A program made the position numbers and the translations under genes. Source: Candidatus Omnitrophota bacterium (lineage in GTDB: Bacteria; Omnitrophota; Gorgyraeia; Zapsychrales; JANLHA01). From it: a stretch of 64,000 nt of DNA. Below, in pieces: positions 45,483 through 56,115 of this stretch. The stretch is from positions 6,726-70,725 of the forward strand of contig JBFMEN010000062.1 in assembly GCA_040753435.1 (NCBI GenBank), given 5' to 3'. The notes beneath the pieces were generated by a model. It searched no databases and was not told where the DNA came from. It saw nothing but the letters and a program-made list of their open reading frames with translations. Numbering within the stretch: the first letter of the stretch is position 1; each line of letters opens with the position of its first letter.

Positions 45483-47427
45483 TATTGTTGCTTCATTTCT
45501 TCGTCTGATGCCGTTATCTGCGGCTGCAATGATCGGCCGTCTTGCAGGAAGGGTTTTTTATATTCTTGATAGACGGCACCGCAATCAGGTTTATCAGAAT
45601 TTAAAGATCGCTTTTGCCGATCAAATGACACTGGATGAAATCAAGGCCTTGACGCTGAAGTTTTTCATTAATCTGGGGATGAATTTCGCGGAATTTCTCA
45701 GACTTCCGCAGATGTCGCCTGAACATGTTAAAAAACTGATTGAATGTGACGGGAAAGAAAGGTTCGAAGAGGTCATGAAGTCCGCAAAATGCGGCGCTGT
45801 GATGATGACAGCTCATTTTGGAAACTGGGAGTTGTCCCCGCTGGCAATGTCGGTTTTCGGTTTCCCGCAAAATCTTATTTTTAAAACCCAGGATAGCGCC
45901 TCTGCGTTTAATAAAGTGATGATGAAATGCCGGCGGGATGCGTACCGAAGTTATGGCAGCTGCATCAAGCTGTATGAACGGGGGGTAGGCGCCAGGAAAT
46001 TACTGGAAGCCCTTCAGAATCGCGAACTCGTCGGTATGGTGATCGACCAGGGGGGGAAAGATGGTATTCCAGTTCAATTTTTAGGCCGGAGAACAAGTTT
46101 TTCGTCAGGCGGGGTACGGCTGGCGCTGAAAACAGGAGCGCCGATTTTTATAGGCGGCATGGGACGGAAAGATGGAGTTTATCACCGGCTTCTTATCCGT
46201 TATTTTCCGAATGAAGCCGCTAATGAGAAGGATAATGTCGCTCTTTATCTTCAGGGGATCGCCAATCAAATGGCTGCGATGGTTCGGGAAGCGCCGGAAC
46301 AATATATGTGGATGTATAAATTATGGAAATTCGATCCTTCCTGCAACGTCATTATTCTTGATGACGGGAGAGTCGGGCATTTGCGCCAGTCCGAGGGAGT
46401 GGCCAAGACAATCAGCCGGGAAATCGTTCAGCGCGGAGGCAGCGTATCTGTCAAGACGGTCAAGGTCGAATACCCGGGTAAATTTTCCCAAATGATACTG
46501 ATTTTATGTTCCTGGATCGGGCCCATACTCCCTATGTTTGTCTTGGTGAAGCTGCTGAAGAAATACCTTAAGCCGGAGACGTTTCAAGGGCTGACCGCTA
46601 TGAAGGCGGACATCGTGATTTCCGCGGGATCTTTGAGCGCTCCCGTCAATTATGTTATTTCCAGGGAGCATTGCGCAAAGAATATTTTAATTCTCCGGCC
46701 GAACCTTTTGCCATGGTCAAGGTTTGATTTGGTAATTTTACCCAGGCATGATGTGGACGCCAAAAAGGTTTCCGGTGATCGGGTTGTTTTGACCAAAGGT
46801 GCTGTTAACCTGATTGATGAGGATTATCTCAGCCTCCATGCGGAAAAACTGCTTCAGCGGTTTTCGCATCTGAAATTGCGGGATAAGTTTAAGATCGGGG
46901 TGTTGCTGGGCGGGGATACCAAAAATTACGTTCTGGATGAGAGCGCAGTGAAGATACTGGTCCATCAGCTGAAAGATGCGGCAGAACAGCTGGATGCGGA
47001 CATCCTCCTGACAACGTCAAGGCGGACATCGTCAAAAGTCGAGAATCTGTTGGCCCGGGAACTTAAAAAATATCCGCGCTGCCAGCTGCTGGTCATCGCC
47101 AATCGTAACAATGTTGCCGAGGCTGTGGGAGGGATTTTGGGACTATCTGATGTTCTGGTCGTGTCCGGCGACAGTATTTCCATGATTTCTGAATCTTCGG
47201 CGTCCGGGAAAAAGACCATTGTTTTTCCAGTAAAAAAACGATCGACAAAGGGCGAGGAGCATAAACATAATCAATTCATTGACCGGTTAAACACCGAAGG
47301 CTATATTTTATGCTCCGATCTTAGAATGATTGCCTGTTCCATTTTTGATTTAGCTAAAAACAAAATTTGCACAAGAAGACTTGATGATGACGAAACGATC
47401 CGTAATGGTGTGTTAAGGATTTTATAA
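45454..47427 (+). CDS. Fusion of lipid A late acyltransferase (LpxL-like) and ELM1/GtrOC1-like glycosyltransferase
   Basis: AHFGNWE, DQ, PEQY.W.Y..WK; then DGR.GHLRQS, P.HD, LLGG, TTSRRT, VSGDSISMISE. Confidence 0.85.
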   Translation: MQFIISIIINIVASFLRLMPLSAAAMIGRLAGRVFYILDRRHRNQVYQNLKIAFADQMTLDEIKALTLKFFINLGMNFAEFLRLPQMSPEHVKKLIECDGKERFEEVMKSAKCGAVMMTAHFGNWELSPLAMSVFGFPQNLIFKTQDSASAFNKVMMKCRRDAYRSYGSCIKLYERGVGARKLLEALQNRELVGMVIDQGGKDGIPVQFLGRRTSFSSGGVRLALKTGAPIFIGGMGRKDGVYHRLLIRYFPNEAANEKDNVALYLQGIANQMAAMVREAPEQYMWMYKLWKFDPSCNVIILDDGRVGHLRQSEGVAKTISREIVQRGGSVSVKTVKVEYPGKFSQMILILCSWIGPILPMFVLVKLLKKYLKPETFQGLTAMKADIVISAGSLSAPVNYVISREHCAKNILILRPNLLPWSRFDLVILPRHDVDAKKVSGDRVVLTKGAVNLIDEDYLSLHAEKLLQRFSHLKLRDKFKIGVLLGGDTKNYVLDESAVKILVHQLKDAAEQLDADILLTTSRRTSSKVENLLARELKKYPRCQLLVIANRNNVAEAVGGILGLSDVLVVSGDSISMISESSASGKKTIVFPVKKRSTKGEEHKHNQFIDRLNTEGYILCSDLRMIACSIFDLAKNKICTRRLDDDETIRNGVLRIL

Positions 47428-47469
47428 AATTGATTATTGTTTGGGATTTGGGTTTTTGGAATTGTGATT

Positions 47470-49581
47470 ATGAGTAAAAAAATGCGAATTTTACAAATTT
47501 TACCTGAACTTAATGTGGGTGGGGTCGAGACGGGGACTGTCGATTTCGCCAAGTATCTGAAAGAACACGGGCATTACCCTGTTGTGGTTTCAAACGGAGG
47601 GGACCTTGTCAGGGAGCTCACCGATCGCGGGATTCATCACTACAGATTGCCGGTCCATCATAAAAATCCTTTTTCTGCGTTGTCGTGCATCCGAAAGCTT
47701 CGGGAGATCATCCTGGAGGAACACATTGATATTGTCCATGCCCGTTCCAGGGTTCCGGCCTGGATCGCCTTTTTCGCCTGCCGTAAAACGCCCGCCCAGT
47801 TCATCACTACGTGCCATGGCCATTACTCGGTCCAGTTTTTTTCAAGGATAATGTCTTTCTCCAAACTGGTTATCGTGCCAAGCAACGTGATCGGCCGGCA
47901 TATGATGGAGGCTTTTCATGTCCCGGCGGAACATATCAGGTGTATTCCCCGGAGTGTGGATTTGACGCGTTTTAATATTGAACGGGAAGATCATACCGGT
48001 CAAAACCAGATTGTAACCATTGTAGGACGTCTTACTCCATTGAAAGGCCATGTTTATTTTTTAAAAGCCATGGCCAAACTTGTTCGTTCCATGCCCTACG
48101 TTAAGGTGTTGATTGTCGGCGATGCCCCAAAGAAAAAGGAATCTTACCGCAAGGAGCTCGAGGTTTTGACGCGTCACCTCGGTCTTTCCGAGCATGTGGA
48201 ATTTCTGGGCCGACGGAAGGATGTCCCTCAAATTATGGCTGCGAGTGATGTGGTCGTTATGTCGTCGATCGAACCTGAGGCGTTCGGACGGGTTATTATC
48301 GAAGCCCAGGCCGTAGGGACTCCGGTTGTCGCGACGAATGTCGGCGGTATCGTGGAAGTTCTGGAGCATGAGAAGACCGGACTTCTGGTCCTTCCCAAAG
48401 ATCCTGACGCCATGGCGAATGCGGTCATGCGGCTTCTGAATGAAAAAAAATTTGCCAAAGAGATGGCGGCGCGCGCCAGAAAACATCTGGAAGAAAATTA
48501 TACCCTTGACCGCATGGCGGGGCAGACTATCAGTGTGTATGAGGAATTGATGGAACAACTTAATTTATTGGTTATTAAAATGACGGCATTGGGTGACGTT
48601 GTGTTGATCACGGCCTCATTAAAGGCATTGCGACGCAGTTATCCCCGCGCGCGGATCTGCTGTTTAGTGGATGAGTCGTGCAAGGACATTCTGCGGAAAT
48701 GTCCCTATCTTGATGAACTGATTGTTATTGATTTGAAAGGCAGGGACAGAGGCCCTCTTGGAATCTTGAAGGCAGGGTTGCGTCTGACGGGATATCATTT
48801 TGACAAGGTAATTGATTTTCAGAACAATCAGAAAAGCCATTTGCTCGCTGCCATGACCTTTGCTCCGCATATTTACGGTTACCGCAATAAAAAATTAGGT
48901 TTTCTGGTTACCGATCCCGTTGTTAATCCGGATCACGATCTCCCCCCCGTAGAACATCAGTTTAAAGTTCTGAATCTCATGGGGATTAAACCGGACCCGG
49001 AGGATTTACTGGAAATTTATCCTTCTTCAACAGACGTACAAAAGGCCCAGGCCCTGCTGGATTCAGAATGGGTCAGCTCCGGGATGAAGCTGGTCGGAAT
49101 AAACCTTTCGGCGTCATTGAAATGGAAGACGAAGAACTGGCCGTTGAAAAAAATGGCCAGACTCTGTGATTTGATGGCGGCCGAAAATGTGCGCGTAATG
49201 ATTACCGGAACCGGCAAGGATAAAGAGACCGCCGATGAATTGATGCGTCTCACAAAATCCAAACCGGCGAATTTTGTCGGGCGCACCAAGATCAATGAAT
49301 TGGCCGTGTTGATCAGGCGGTGCGATGTTTATATTACCCCGGATTCGTCACCCATGCATTTGGCCGCGGCTGTCGGGACGCCTTTCATTGCCTTGTTCGG
49401 TCCGACTTCGGCCAAGCGCCATCTTCCTCCGAACCGTTCATCGATCGTCATTCAGAGGAAAATGGACTGCGCCCCTTGCTATAACGCCAGGTTCTGCCGG
49501 ATTCTCAATCATGCCTGTATGGAGGACATACGCGAAGAAGAGGTTTTTGAGGCGGTCAAAAAATTGATAAATAGGAAATAG
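47470..49581 (+). CDS. Fusion of GT4 glycosyltransferase and GT9 heptosyltransferase
   Basis: GGVE, HARSR, EAFGRVIIEAQA (GT4); ALGDVVL, K.WP, DSSPMHLAAA, LFGPT, C.PC (GT9). Confidence 0.9.
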   Translation: MSKKMRILQILPELNVGGVETGTVDFAKYLKEHGHYPVVVSNGGDLVRELTDRGIHHYRLPVHHKNPFSALSCIRKLREIILEEHIDIVHARSRVPAWIAFFACRKTPAQFITTCHGHYSVQFFSRIMSFSKLVIVPSNVIGRHMMEAFHVPAEHIRCIPRSVDLTRFNIEREDHTGQNQIVTIVGRLTPLKGHVYFLKAMAKLVRSMPYVKVLIVGDAPKKKESYRKELEVLTRHLGLSEHVEFLGRRKDVPQIMAASDVVVMSSIEPEAFGRVIIEAQAVGTPVVATNVGGIVEVLEHEKTGLLVLPKDPDAMANAVMRLLNEKKFAKEMAARARKHLEENYTLDRMAGQTISVYEELMEQLNLLVIKMTALGDVVLITASLKALRRSYPRARICCLVDESCKDILRKCPYLDELIVIDLKGRDRGPLGILKAGLRLTGYHFDKVIDFQNNQKSHLLAAMTFAPHIYGYRNKKLGFLVTDPVVNPDHDLPPVEHQFKVLNLMGIKPDPEDLLEIYPSSTDVQKAQALLDSEWVSSGMKLVGINLSASLKWKTKNWPLKKMARLCDLMAAENVRVMITGTGKDKETADELMRLTKSKPANFVGRTKINELAVLIRRCDVYITPDSSPMHLAAAVGTPFIALFGPTSAKRHLPPNRSSIVIQRKMDCAPCYNARFCRILNHACMEDIREEEVFEAVKKLINRK

Positions 49582-49654
49582 CGGCGAGGCGGCCTGCTTC
49601 GCCGTAGAACCCAAGGCTGCGCAGAGGGCTGGTTGCCGCTGTGCAAAAGTAAAA

Positions 49655-50803
49655 ATGAAGATCCTTTTTTTAACAACTCATTTTAACACCGGCGGAATCA
49701 CGAATTATATTATGACCCTTTCAAGCCAGATGGTGAGAGACGGTCATCATGTCATTGTCGTCTCGAGCGGGGGAAATTGTGTTGAGGGGTTGGAGGGGCC
49801 GGGCACACGCCATGTCGAGATGAGTATCAGGACTAAATCGGTGTTTTCCCCAAAATTGATTAGGGCTGCATTCCGGATTAAACAACTTATCAGGGATGAG
49901 AACATTGAAATTATTCATGCCAATACCCGGGTGACCCAATGGCTTGCATGTTTGGTCTCTTCCATGACCGGCGTTCCGTATGTTTCAACCTGCCATGGTT
50001 TTTTTCGTCCACGGTTTTTCCGAAAGATTTTTCCCTGCTGGGGCAAAAAAGTCATAGCGATCAGCGATCAGGTGGGTGAGCATTTGACGAAGGACTTTGG
50101 AGTTGATTCCGGGAGGGTCGCCGTTATTCGTAACGGAATAGACCTGGATCGTTTTTCCCCGGTGACGAAAGATGCCAGGCGGGCGCTTCAGATGAAAGCC
50201 GGATTTGACGGGGTCAAAATTATCGGGATCGTGGCGCGGCTGGCTGATGTCAAAGGGCATCATATTTTGATTGACGCTGTCAGGATTATGCGGGGCAGTA
50301 TTCCGCGCATCAGACTTTTGATCGTGGGAGAGGGGAAAGAAGAAACCCGCCTCAGGCGCCAGGTCGAAAAACTCGGGCTTTCCGATATCGTTCTTTTTCA
50401 GCCGATCGTTAACCGGACCAGCGAAATTTTACAGTTACTGGATTGTTTTGTTTCTCCTTCATTGAAGGAGGGGCTGGGGCTGTCTGTTATGGAAGCCCAG
50501 GCTTCAGGACTGCCTGTGGTTGCTTCCAGGACCGGAGGGATCCCGTCGTTAATTGAGGACGGGATAACGGGGGTCCTGGTGGAACCTGGCAATGTCGACA
50601 TGCTCGTAGATAAGATGATTACGGTGCTGAATGACGATGAGTTTTGCGATGCTCTTGCCAGGAACGCCAGACAGAAGGCAGAACGTGAATACGGAGCGGA
50701 AATGATGGCGGAGAAAACCATGGAAGTTTACCAGAGCCTTGGTTCCCGGAATCGCGAACTCAAAAATTCGAAGCGCGAAATGCGAAATTCGAAGGAAATT
50801 TAA
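49655..50803 (+). CDS. GT4 glycosyltransferase
   Basis: GGIT.Y, HANTR, RNGID, ARL..VKG, EGLGLSVMEAQA. Confidence 0.92.
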   Translation: MKILFLTTHFNTGGITNYIMTLSSQMVRDGHHVIVVSSGGNCVEGLEGPGTRHVEMSIRTKSVFSPKLIRAAFRIKQLIRDENIEIIHANTRVTQWLACLVSSMTGVPYVSTCHGFFRPRFFRKIFPCWGKKVIAISDQVGEHLTKDFGVDSGRVAVIRNGIDLDRFSPVTKDARRALQMKAGFDGVKIIGIVARLADVKGHHILIDAVRIMRGSIPRIRLLIVGEGKEETRLRRQVEKLGLSDIVLFQPIVNRTSEILQLLDCFVSPSLKEGLGLSVMEAQASGLPVVASRTGGIPSLIEDGITGVLVEPGNVDMLVDKMITVLNDDEFCDALARNARQKAEREYGAEMMAEKTMEVYQSLGSRNRELKNSKREMRNSKEI

Positions 50804-50915
50804 AAGGTAAATGTTTTCAAAGCTCAAAAAATTTTTTCTAAAAATGATTTATGTTTAAATGCCAATATTTCGAATTGCAATTTAGTTTGAACTTTGATAT
50901 TCGGGTTTCGGATTT
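50755..50915. repeat. Heptad (AAATTCG/CGAAAT-type) inverted array overlapping the GT4 3' end
   Basis: AAATTCGAAGCGCGAAATGCGAAATTCGAA left arm; TTTGATATTCGGGTTTCGGATTT right arm. Confidence 0.75.
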
Positions 50916-50972
50916 AACGTCCACAGGCGATATTTGCCACCTGGTTTCCAGATTGGATTAAAGGATGGATTC

Positions 50973-52016
50973 ATGAAAAATATTCTTGTCGTCAATGTCA
51001 ACTGGTTGGGAGATGTTATTTTTTCAACGACCGTATTTAAGGCATTGCGTCTTCAATTTCCTGATGCCAGAATTTGTTGTATGGCTGTTCCGCGAGTCGT
51101 TCCCGTTCTCGAATGCTGCCCTTACGTCGATGAGATTATAGTTTATGATGAGAAAGGGGCTCACCGCTGGCTTTGGCAGAAGTTAAAATTGATCATGAAG
51201 CTGCGGAAATACCACTTTGATGCCGCCTTCCTGCTTCATCGTTCATGGACACGGGCTTTCATGGTTTATCTGGCTGGGGTACGCCAGCGGGTGGGGTATG
51301 ATGTGAAAGATTTGGGAAGATTGCTGACCCGCAAGGTTGATGTTCCCGAAGGAAATATTCATCGGGCGGATTATTACCTGCACGTCATTGAATCATTCGG
51401 GATTCCGGTCACAGACCGGACCATTGAATTGTCCGCGCCGGAAGACGCCAGACGGCAGGTTGACAGTTTCCTCATGCTGAAAGGAATTCGAAAAGATGAT
51501 TTTCTGGCTGTTGTCAACCCGGGAGGAAACTGGCCTTTAAAGCGCTGGCCTAAGGAAAATTTTGCGCTGCTTATCGAACGCATGATCAGGGAGTTGAAGA
51601 TCAGGGTCGTCATTTCCGGTTCCGCGGGAGATGAGGCCCTGGCCGATGAGATCAGGGAGGCGTCGCATGTTGTTCCTTTGGTTATGGCCGGCAAAACTTC
51701 TCTTCCCCAGATTTTCGCGTTAATGAAGCGTGCGAATATTGTCATATCTGCAGATTCAGGTCCAATGCATATGGCTTCGAGCGCAGGGACTCCGACGATA
51801 GCTATTTTCGGACCGACCCGTCCCGAGGTCACCGGACCGAGAGGAAAAGGGGAAGTGATCATACTTCAGAAAGAACTTGAATGCAACAAACAGGCTTGTT
51901 ATAACCTCGATTGCCCGGATAATCGGTGTATGCGGGCAGTAACAGTAGACGAAGTTTTCGACAGGGTGCTGGCATGTTATCAGTCATGGTCCGCGGCCAG
52001 GAAGCAGGGGAGTTGA
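50973..52016 (+). CDS. waaF: LPS heptosyltransferase II-like (GT9)
   Basis: NWLGDVI, NPGG....KRWP, DSGPMHMA, IFGPT. Confidence 0.75.
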   Translation: MKNILVVNVNWLGDVIFSTTVFKALRLQFPDARICCMAVPRVVPVLECCPYVDEIIVYDEKGAHRWLWQKLKLIMKLRKYHFDAAFLLHRSWTRAFMVYLAGVRQRVGYDVKDLGRLLTRKVDVPEGNIHRADYYLHVIESFGIPVTDRTIELSAPEDARRQVDSFLMLKGIRKDDFLAVVNPGGNWPLKRWPKENFALLIERMIRELKIRVVISGSAGDEALADEIREASHVVPLVMAGKTSLPQIFALMKRANIVISADSGPMHMASSAGTPTIAIFGPTRPEVTGPRGKGEVIILQKELECNKQACYNLDCPDNRCMRAVTVDEVFDRVLACYQSWSAARKQGS

Positions 52017-52017
52017 C

Positions 52018-53004
52018 ATGGCGAAAAAAATAAATCCGGATGACGTTAAAAAAGTTCTTGTCATTTCATTATCCAACCTCGGGGACATTATCCTGACATT
52101 TCCCGTGATCGATATTTTGCGTCGTGATTTTGCCCAGGCAGATCTTTCTGTCATGATTGGTCCCAGGGGTAAATCCCTTTTAATAGATAATCCCAAAGTT
52201 GATCATCTTTATATTTATGACAAGCACATGGGATTGCGAAACAAGATCCGATGGATCGCTCAGCTGCGGAAAGAGAAGTTTGATTTGATCGTTGATTTGC
52301 GGCATGGGATTCTACCGCTTATTTTAAGAACAAAATACCGGACGCCTTTGATCAGACGGCGAATCCTTGACGAGCATTACCGTGACCAACACTTGAGGTA
52401 CCTGTATGCCGTTCATCCCGCCCATTTATCCAATGAGCGCTATGCGTTTTATCCCCTGGAAAAAGATGTGGATTCTGTCAAGTCAATCCTGCGCGAACAC
52501 TTCCAGCCCGAGGATCCGATCGCCGTGATGGCTCCCGGTGCGGCAGATCACCGTAAACGATGGACCGAAGACGGTTTCGCGAAAGTCGCCGATCAGCTTG
52601 CCCAACAAAAGGGATTGCATATTGTTTTTGTCGGAAGCGAAAACGATTCGCCGATCATCTCAAGAATCATGGCCAGGATGCAGCGATCGGCCCTTGATTT
52701 AAGCGGAAAGATCTCTTTCCCCCAGACTGGAATTATCATGCGGCTTGCAAAGATTGTTATCGCCAACGACAGTTCTGCCATGCATCTGGCGAGTTATCTG
52801 GGCGTTCCGCTTATTGCTTTATATGGGCCTACTAATCCGGTTAAGAGCGGGCCGTGGGGGAATTGGTCGGGATTTATCCAGCATAATGAAGACTGCATGG
52901 CCTGTTGTGAAAAGATTCCTGATGCCGAACATTCCTGCATGAATGCGATTCAGCCCGCTGAAGTGATTGCGATGGCTGAGCGTTTGATGAACCCCAGTTT
53001 TTAA
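52018..53004 (+). CDS. GT9 glycosyltransferase
   Basis: LSNLGDIIL, APGA...KRW, NDSSAMHLA, LYGPT. Confidence 0.9.
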   Translation: MAKKINPDDVKKVLVISLSNLGDIILTFPVIDILRRDFAQADLSVMIGPRGKSLLIDNPKVDHLYIYDKHMGLRNKIRWIAQLRKEKFDLIVDLRHGILPLILRTKYRTPLIRRRILDEHYRDQHLRYLYAVHPAHLSNERYAFYPLEKDVDSVKSILREHFQPEDPIAVMAPGAADHRKRWTEDGFAKVADQLAQQKGLHIVFVGSENDSPIISRIMARMQRSALDLSGKISFPQTGIIMRLAKIVIANDSSAMHLASYLGVPLIALYGPTNPVKSGPWGNWSGFIQHNEDCMACCEKIPDAEHSCMNAIQPAEVIAMAERLMNPSF

Positions 53005-53148
53005 CATGTAATATTTAATTAAATCTCAAATTCTAAAACATAAATTTTCAACAAATTCAGAATAAAAAACTAACGTTTTAACTTTGAACCTGGAATTTTT
53101 AAAACAGATTATTTAAAGAGCATATTTAATGAGGGGTTTGATATTCAA

Positions 53149-54183
53149 ATGAAGAAAATTCTGCTTATCAGGACGGACCGGATCGGCGATGTGATCCTGA
53201 CCCTGCCCGCCGTCCATACCTTGCGGGAACAAATGCCGGGGGCGAAAATCTCAATGCTGATTTCCCCGTTGACATTAGATCTGGTTTCCGGGCATCCAGA
53301 TATCGACGAGGTCCTGATCGATGATAAAGATGGCCGGCACAAAGGCGTTCGCGGATTTTTGAAATTGGTTGAGGAAATCCGGAGCAAAGAGTTCGCTGTC
53401 GTGATCAATTTTCATACCAAAAAACGGACCAACCTGTTATGTTTTTTGTCCGGGATTCCCCATCGTATTGGTTATCGGAATGAGAAGTTCGGTTTTCTGC
53501 TTACAGAGAAAATTCCGGATGTCCGTCCTCAAGGGAAAAAACATGAGTCGGAGTACTGTTTTGACCTGTTAAAGCCGTTAGGAATATCGACGGGAACGCT
53601 CACTATGTCCCTTCCTTATCAAGAGAGCGCGGAACAATGGGCGGCCGGCTTTTTTCAACAGCTGGGAGTGAAGACAAAGGGTTTAAAATATGTCGCTCTT
53701 CATTTAGGCGCCAGCTGTCCGACCAAGCGATGGCCGGTCATGAATTTTGCCGCGCTTGTCAGAAATATTTATGACAGGCATCCGGTTCAATTTATTTTAA
53801 TCGGAACCATGGATCAGAAGCCACTGGTCGTGGAATTGAAGCGAATTGTGCCGCACGTACCGTTTGAAGACCTGTCCGGGAAACTTTCCCTGTCAAAGAC
53901 GGTGTCGGTAATCAAGCGTTGCGATCTTTTGATCTCAAATGATTCCGGTCCAGTGCACATTGCGGCCGCGGCCGGAACGCCAGTTGTTTCCATCTTTACG
54001 CGAAATCAACCTGGAATTAACCCTGGAAGATGGCGTCCTTTAGGTCCTTGTTCTGTTTTTGTGGCTCCTCCTCAAGATATGAGTATTTCCTTTGCCAAAG
54101 GAGAGGTCCGGGATGACAGATTTCTATATTGTATTACGCCTGAACAAGTTTTGACTGTTGTTGACGCTGTTTTACAAGTGTGA
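53149..54183 (+). CDS. GT9 glycosyltransferase
   Basis: RTDRIGDVIL, HLGAS..KRWP, NDSGPVHIAAA. Confidence 0.9.
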   Translation: MKKILLIRTDRIGDVILTLPAVHTLREQMPGAKISMLISPLTLDLVSGHPDIDEVLIDDKDGRHKGVRGFLKLVEEIRSKEFAVVINFHTKKRTNLLCFLSGIPHRIGYRNEKFGFLLTEKIPDVRPQGKKHESEYCFDLLKPLGISTGTLTMSLPYQESAEQWAAGFFQQLGVKTKGLKYVALHLGASCPTKRWPVMNFAALVRNIYDRHPVQFILIGTMDQKPLVVELKRIVPHVPFEDLSGKLSLSKTVSVIKRCDLLISNDSGPVHIAAAAGTPVVSIFTRNQPGINPGRWRPLGPCSVFVAPPQDMSISFAKGEVRDDRFLYCITPEQVLTVVDAVLQV

Positions 54184-54272
54184 TAAAATCAGCTCCTCTT
54201 TTAAGTACTATTCTAATTTATAGAGTAATTTCCAGGAATTTTCCTATAAGTTTTCCCTGAAAGGAGGGACTT

Positions 54273-55295
54273 TTGAGCACGTATAAAGGCATTATTGCCA
54301 AATTCAAGACGAAAAAAGTCCTTGTTGTAGGTGATATTATTCTGGACCGGTATATTCAAGGCAGCGTTTCGCGGATTTCTCCCGAAGCCCCTGTCCCTAT
54401 CGTTTTAGAAGAAAAATCAAGCTATCAGCCTGGCGGGGCGGCTAATGTCGGTCATAATCTGGCTGTTTTAGGGGCTGAAGTTGTGCAAGTTGGCAGAATC
54501 GGCAGTGATTTCGAAGGCCAATTATTGAAAAGGGCGATTAAGAATAAAGATATTGACATCAGCGGGATTTTTATTGACAAGCATGTCTCCACAATCACCA
54601 AGACCCGTGTGATTGCCCAACATCAGCAGGTTGTCCGAATCGACAAAGAGGATTCGGGCGCGGATATTCAGGACCCGTTGCTGAATAAGATTAAATCTTT
54701 TCTGCAAGACAAGATTAACAAGGTTGATGCTGTTATCATTTCAGATTACGGGAAGGGAATGATCACTCCGGAGTTGGTTACAGTGGTCACAAGCATGGCG
54801 ATACAAAATGGGATCCCGGTGACGGTGGATCCGAAAGTGGAACATTTTGGTTGTTATAAGCGTGTTACCTGCATTACGCCCAATTTAAAAGAAGCCGAGA
54901 ATGCGATCAGAAATATAAAAATACGGGAAGATGACGGACATATTTTGGGTTTGAATAATGATAAGCTGATGACAATGGAAGATATTGAAACGGCCGGCGA
55001 CCGTTTATTAAAATATTTGAACTCGGAAGCTCTCCTTATAACGCTGGGGGAACAGGGTATGCGGCTTTTTGAAAAAGGAAGGAAACCTTACGGAATCGAG
55101 ACCAAGGCACAGGAGGTCTTTGATGTGACTGGAGCGGGAGACGCTGTTATTTCTGTTTTTACATTGGCCTTAACCGCAGGGGCAACGAGACGCCAGGCGG
55201 CGGAATTGGCTAACTATGCCGCAGGTATCGTGGTTGGAAAGATGGGGGCGGCCGCAGCGACGCCGACCGAAATTTTACAGGCTGTTAAAGCTTGA
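54273..55295 (+). CDS. hldA: D-glycero-beta-D-manno-heptose-7-phosphate kinase (stand-alone RfaE domain I)
   Basis: RISPEAPVP, GGAANV, ISDYGKG, VDPK, TPN..EA, DVTGAGD; TTG start with GGAGG SD. Confidence 0.92.
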   Translation: MSTYKGIIAKFKTKKVLVVGDIILDRYIQGSVSRISPEAPVPIVLEEKSSYQPGGAANVGHNLAVLGAEVVQVGRIGSDFEGQLLKRAIKNKDIDISGIFIDKHVSTITKTRVIAQHQQVVRIDKEDSGADIQDPLLNKIKSFLQDKINKVDAVIISDYGKGMITPELVTVVTSMAIQNGIPVTVDPKVEHFGCYKRVTCITPNLKEAENAIRNIKIREDDGHILGLNNDKLMTMEDIETAGDRLLKYLNSEALLITLGEQGMRLFEKGRKPYGIETKAQEVFDVTGAGDAVISVFTLALTAGATRRQAAELANYAAGIVVGKMGAAAATPTEILQAVKA

Positions 55296-55365
55296 GACAA
55301 GGTCACCGGATCATCGGTATTTACCTATGAGATATTACTGGTGACAGATGATGTTGAGGGAGTTT

Positions 55366-56115
55366 ATGAAGACAAAAGCAATCGGCGTTATTCCGGCACG
55401 TTGGGCTTCTACGCGTTTTCCCGGAAAGGTTCTGGCGGACCTGAACGGCAAGCCGATGATTTATTATGTTTGGCGGCAGGCCAGGAAGTCGTCGCTGCTT
55501 CAAGATGTCATTATTGCCTGCGATGCGGAGCATGTTGAGAAAGCGTGCAAGGCCTTTGGGGCGAAAGCCGTCATGACTTCTTCGGAGCACCAGTCAGGGA
55601 CGGACAGGATTGCCGAGGCAGTCAGAAATGTGGATGCAGATATCGTTGTCAATATTCAGGGGGATGAACCGTTAATTTCTCCCGATGTTATTGACAGGCT
55701 TGCAGCGGAGTTAATAAATGCCGACAAACATTGCCCGGTGGCTACGGTAATTAAGCGGATTGATGATGAGGCGGATGTTGCGAACCCCAATGTCGTAAAG
55801 GTTGTCGTCGACTGTAATGGTTATGCCCTGTATTTTTCACGTCATGGAATTCCGTATCATCGATCAAGAAAAGAATGGGGAAGTGGTACTGTCTATTTCA
55901 AGCATTTGGGGATTTATGCCTACCGGAAGAATTTTTTGATGGGCTTTCATTCACTGCCTGTTTCATTTTTGGAAGAAGCCGAGAAACTGGAACAGCTCCG
56001 GGTTCTTGAAGCCGGGCTGAAGATTAAAACTATCACCACCGAAAGTGAGACTCTCGGAGTGGATACACCCGAAGATCTTGAGCGGGTAGCCAGGGTACTA
56101 AAGGAAGACCAATAA
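55366..56115 (+). CDS. kdsB: CMP-Kdo synthetase
   Basis: [48 protein letters not shown]. Confidence 0.96.
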   Translation: MKTKAIGVIPARWASTRFPGKVLADLNGKPMIYYVWRQARKSSLLQDVIIACDAEHVEKACKAFGAKAVMTSSEHQSGTDRIAEAVRNVDADIVVNIQGDEPLISPDVIDRLAAELINADKHCPVATVIKRIDDEADVANPNVVKVVVDCNGYALYFSRHGIPYHRSRKEWGSGTVYFKHLGIYAYRKNFLMGFHSLPVSFLEEAEKLEQLRVLEAGLKIKTITTESETLGVDTPEDLERVARVLKEDQ

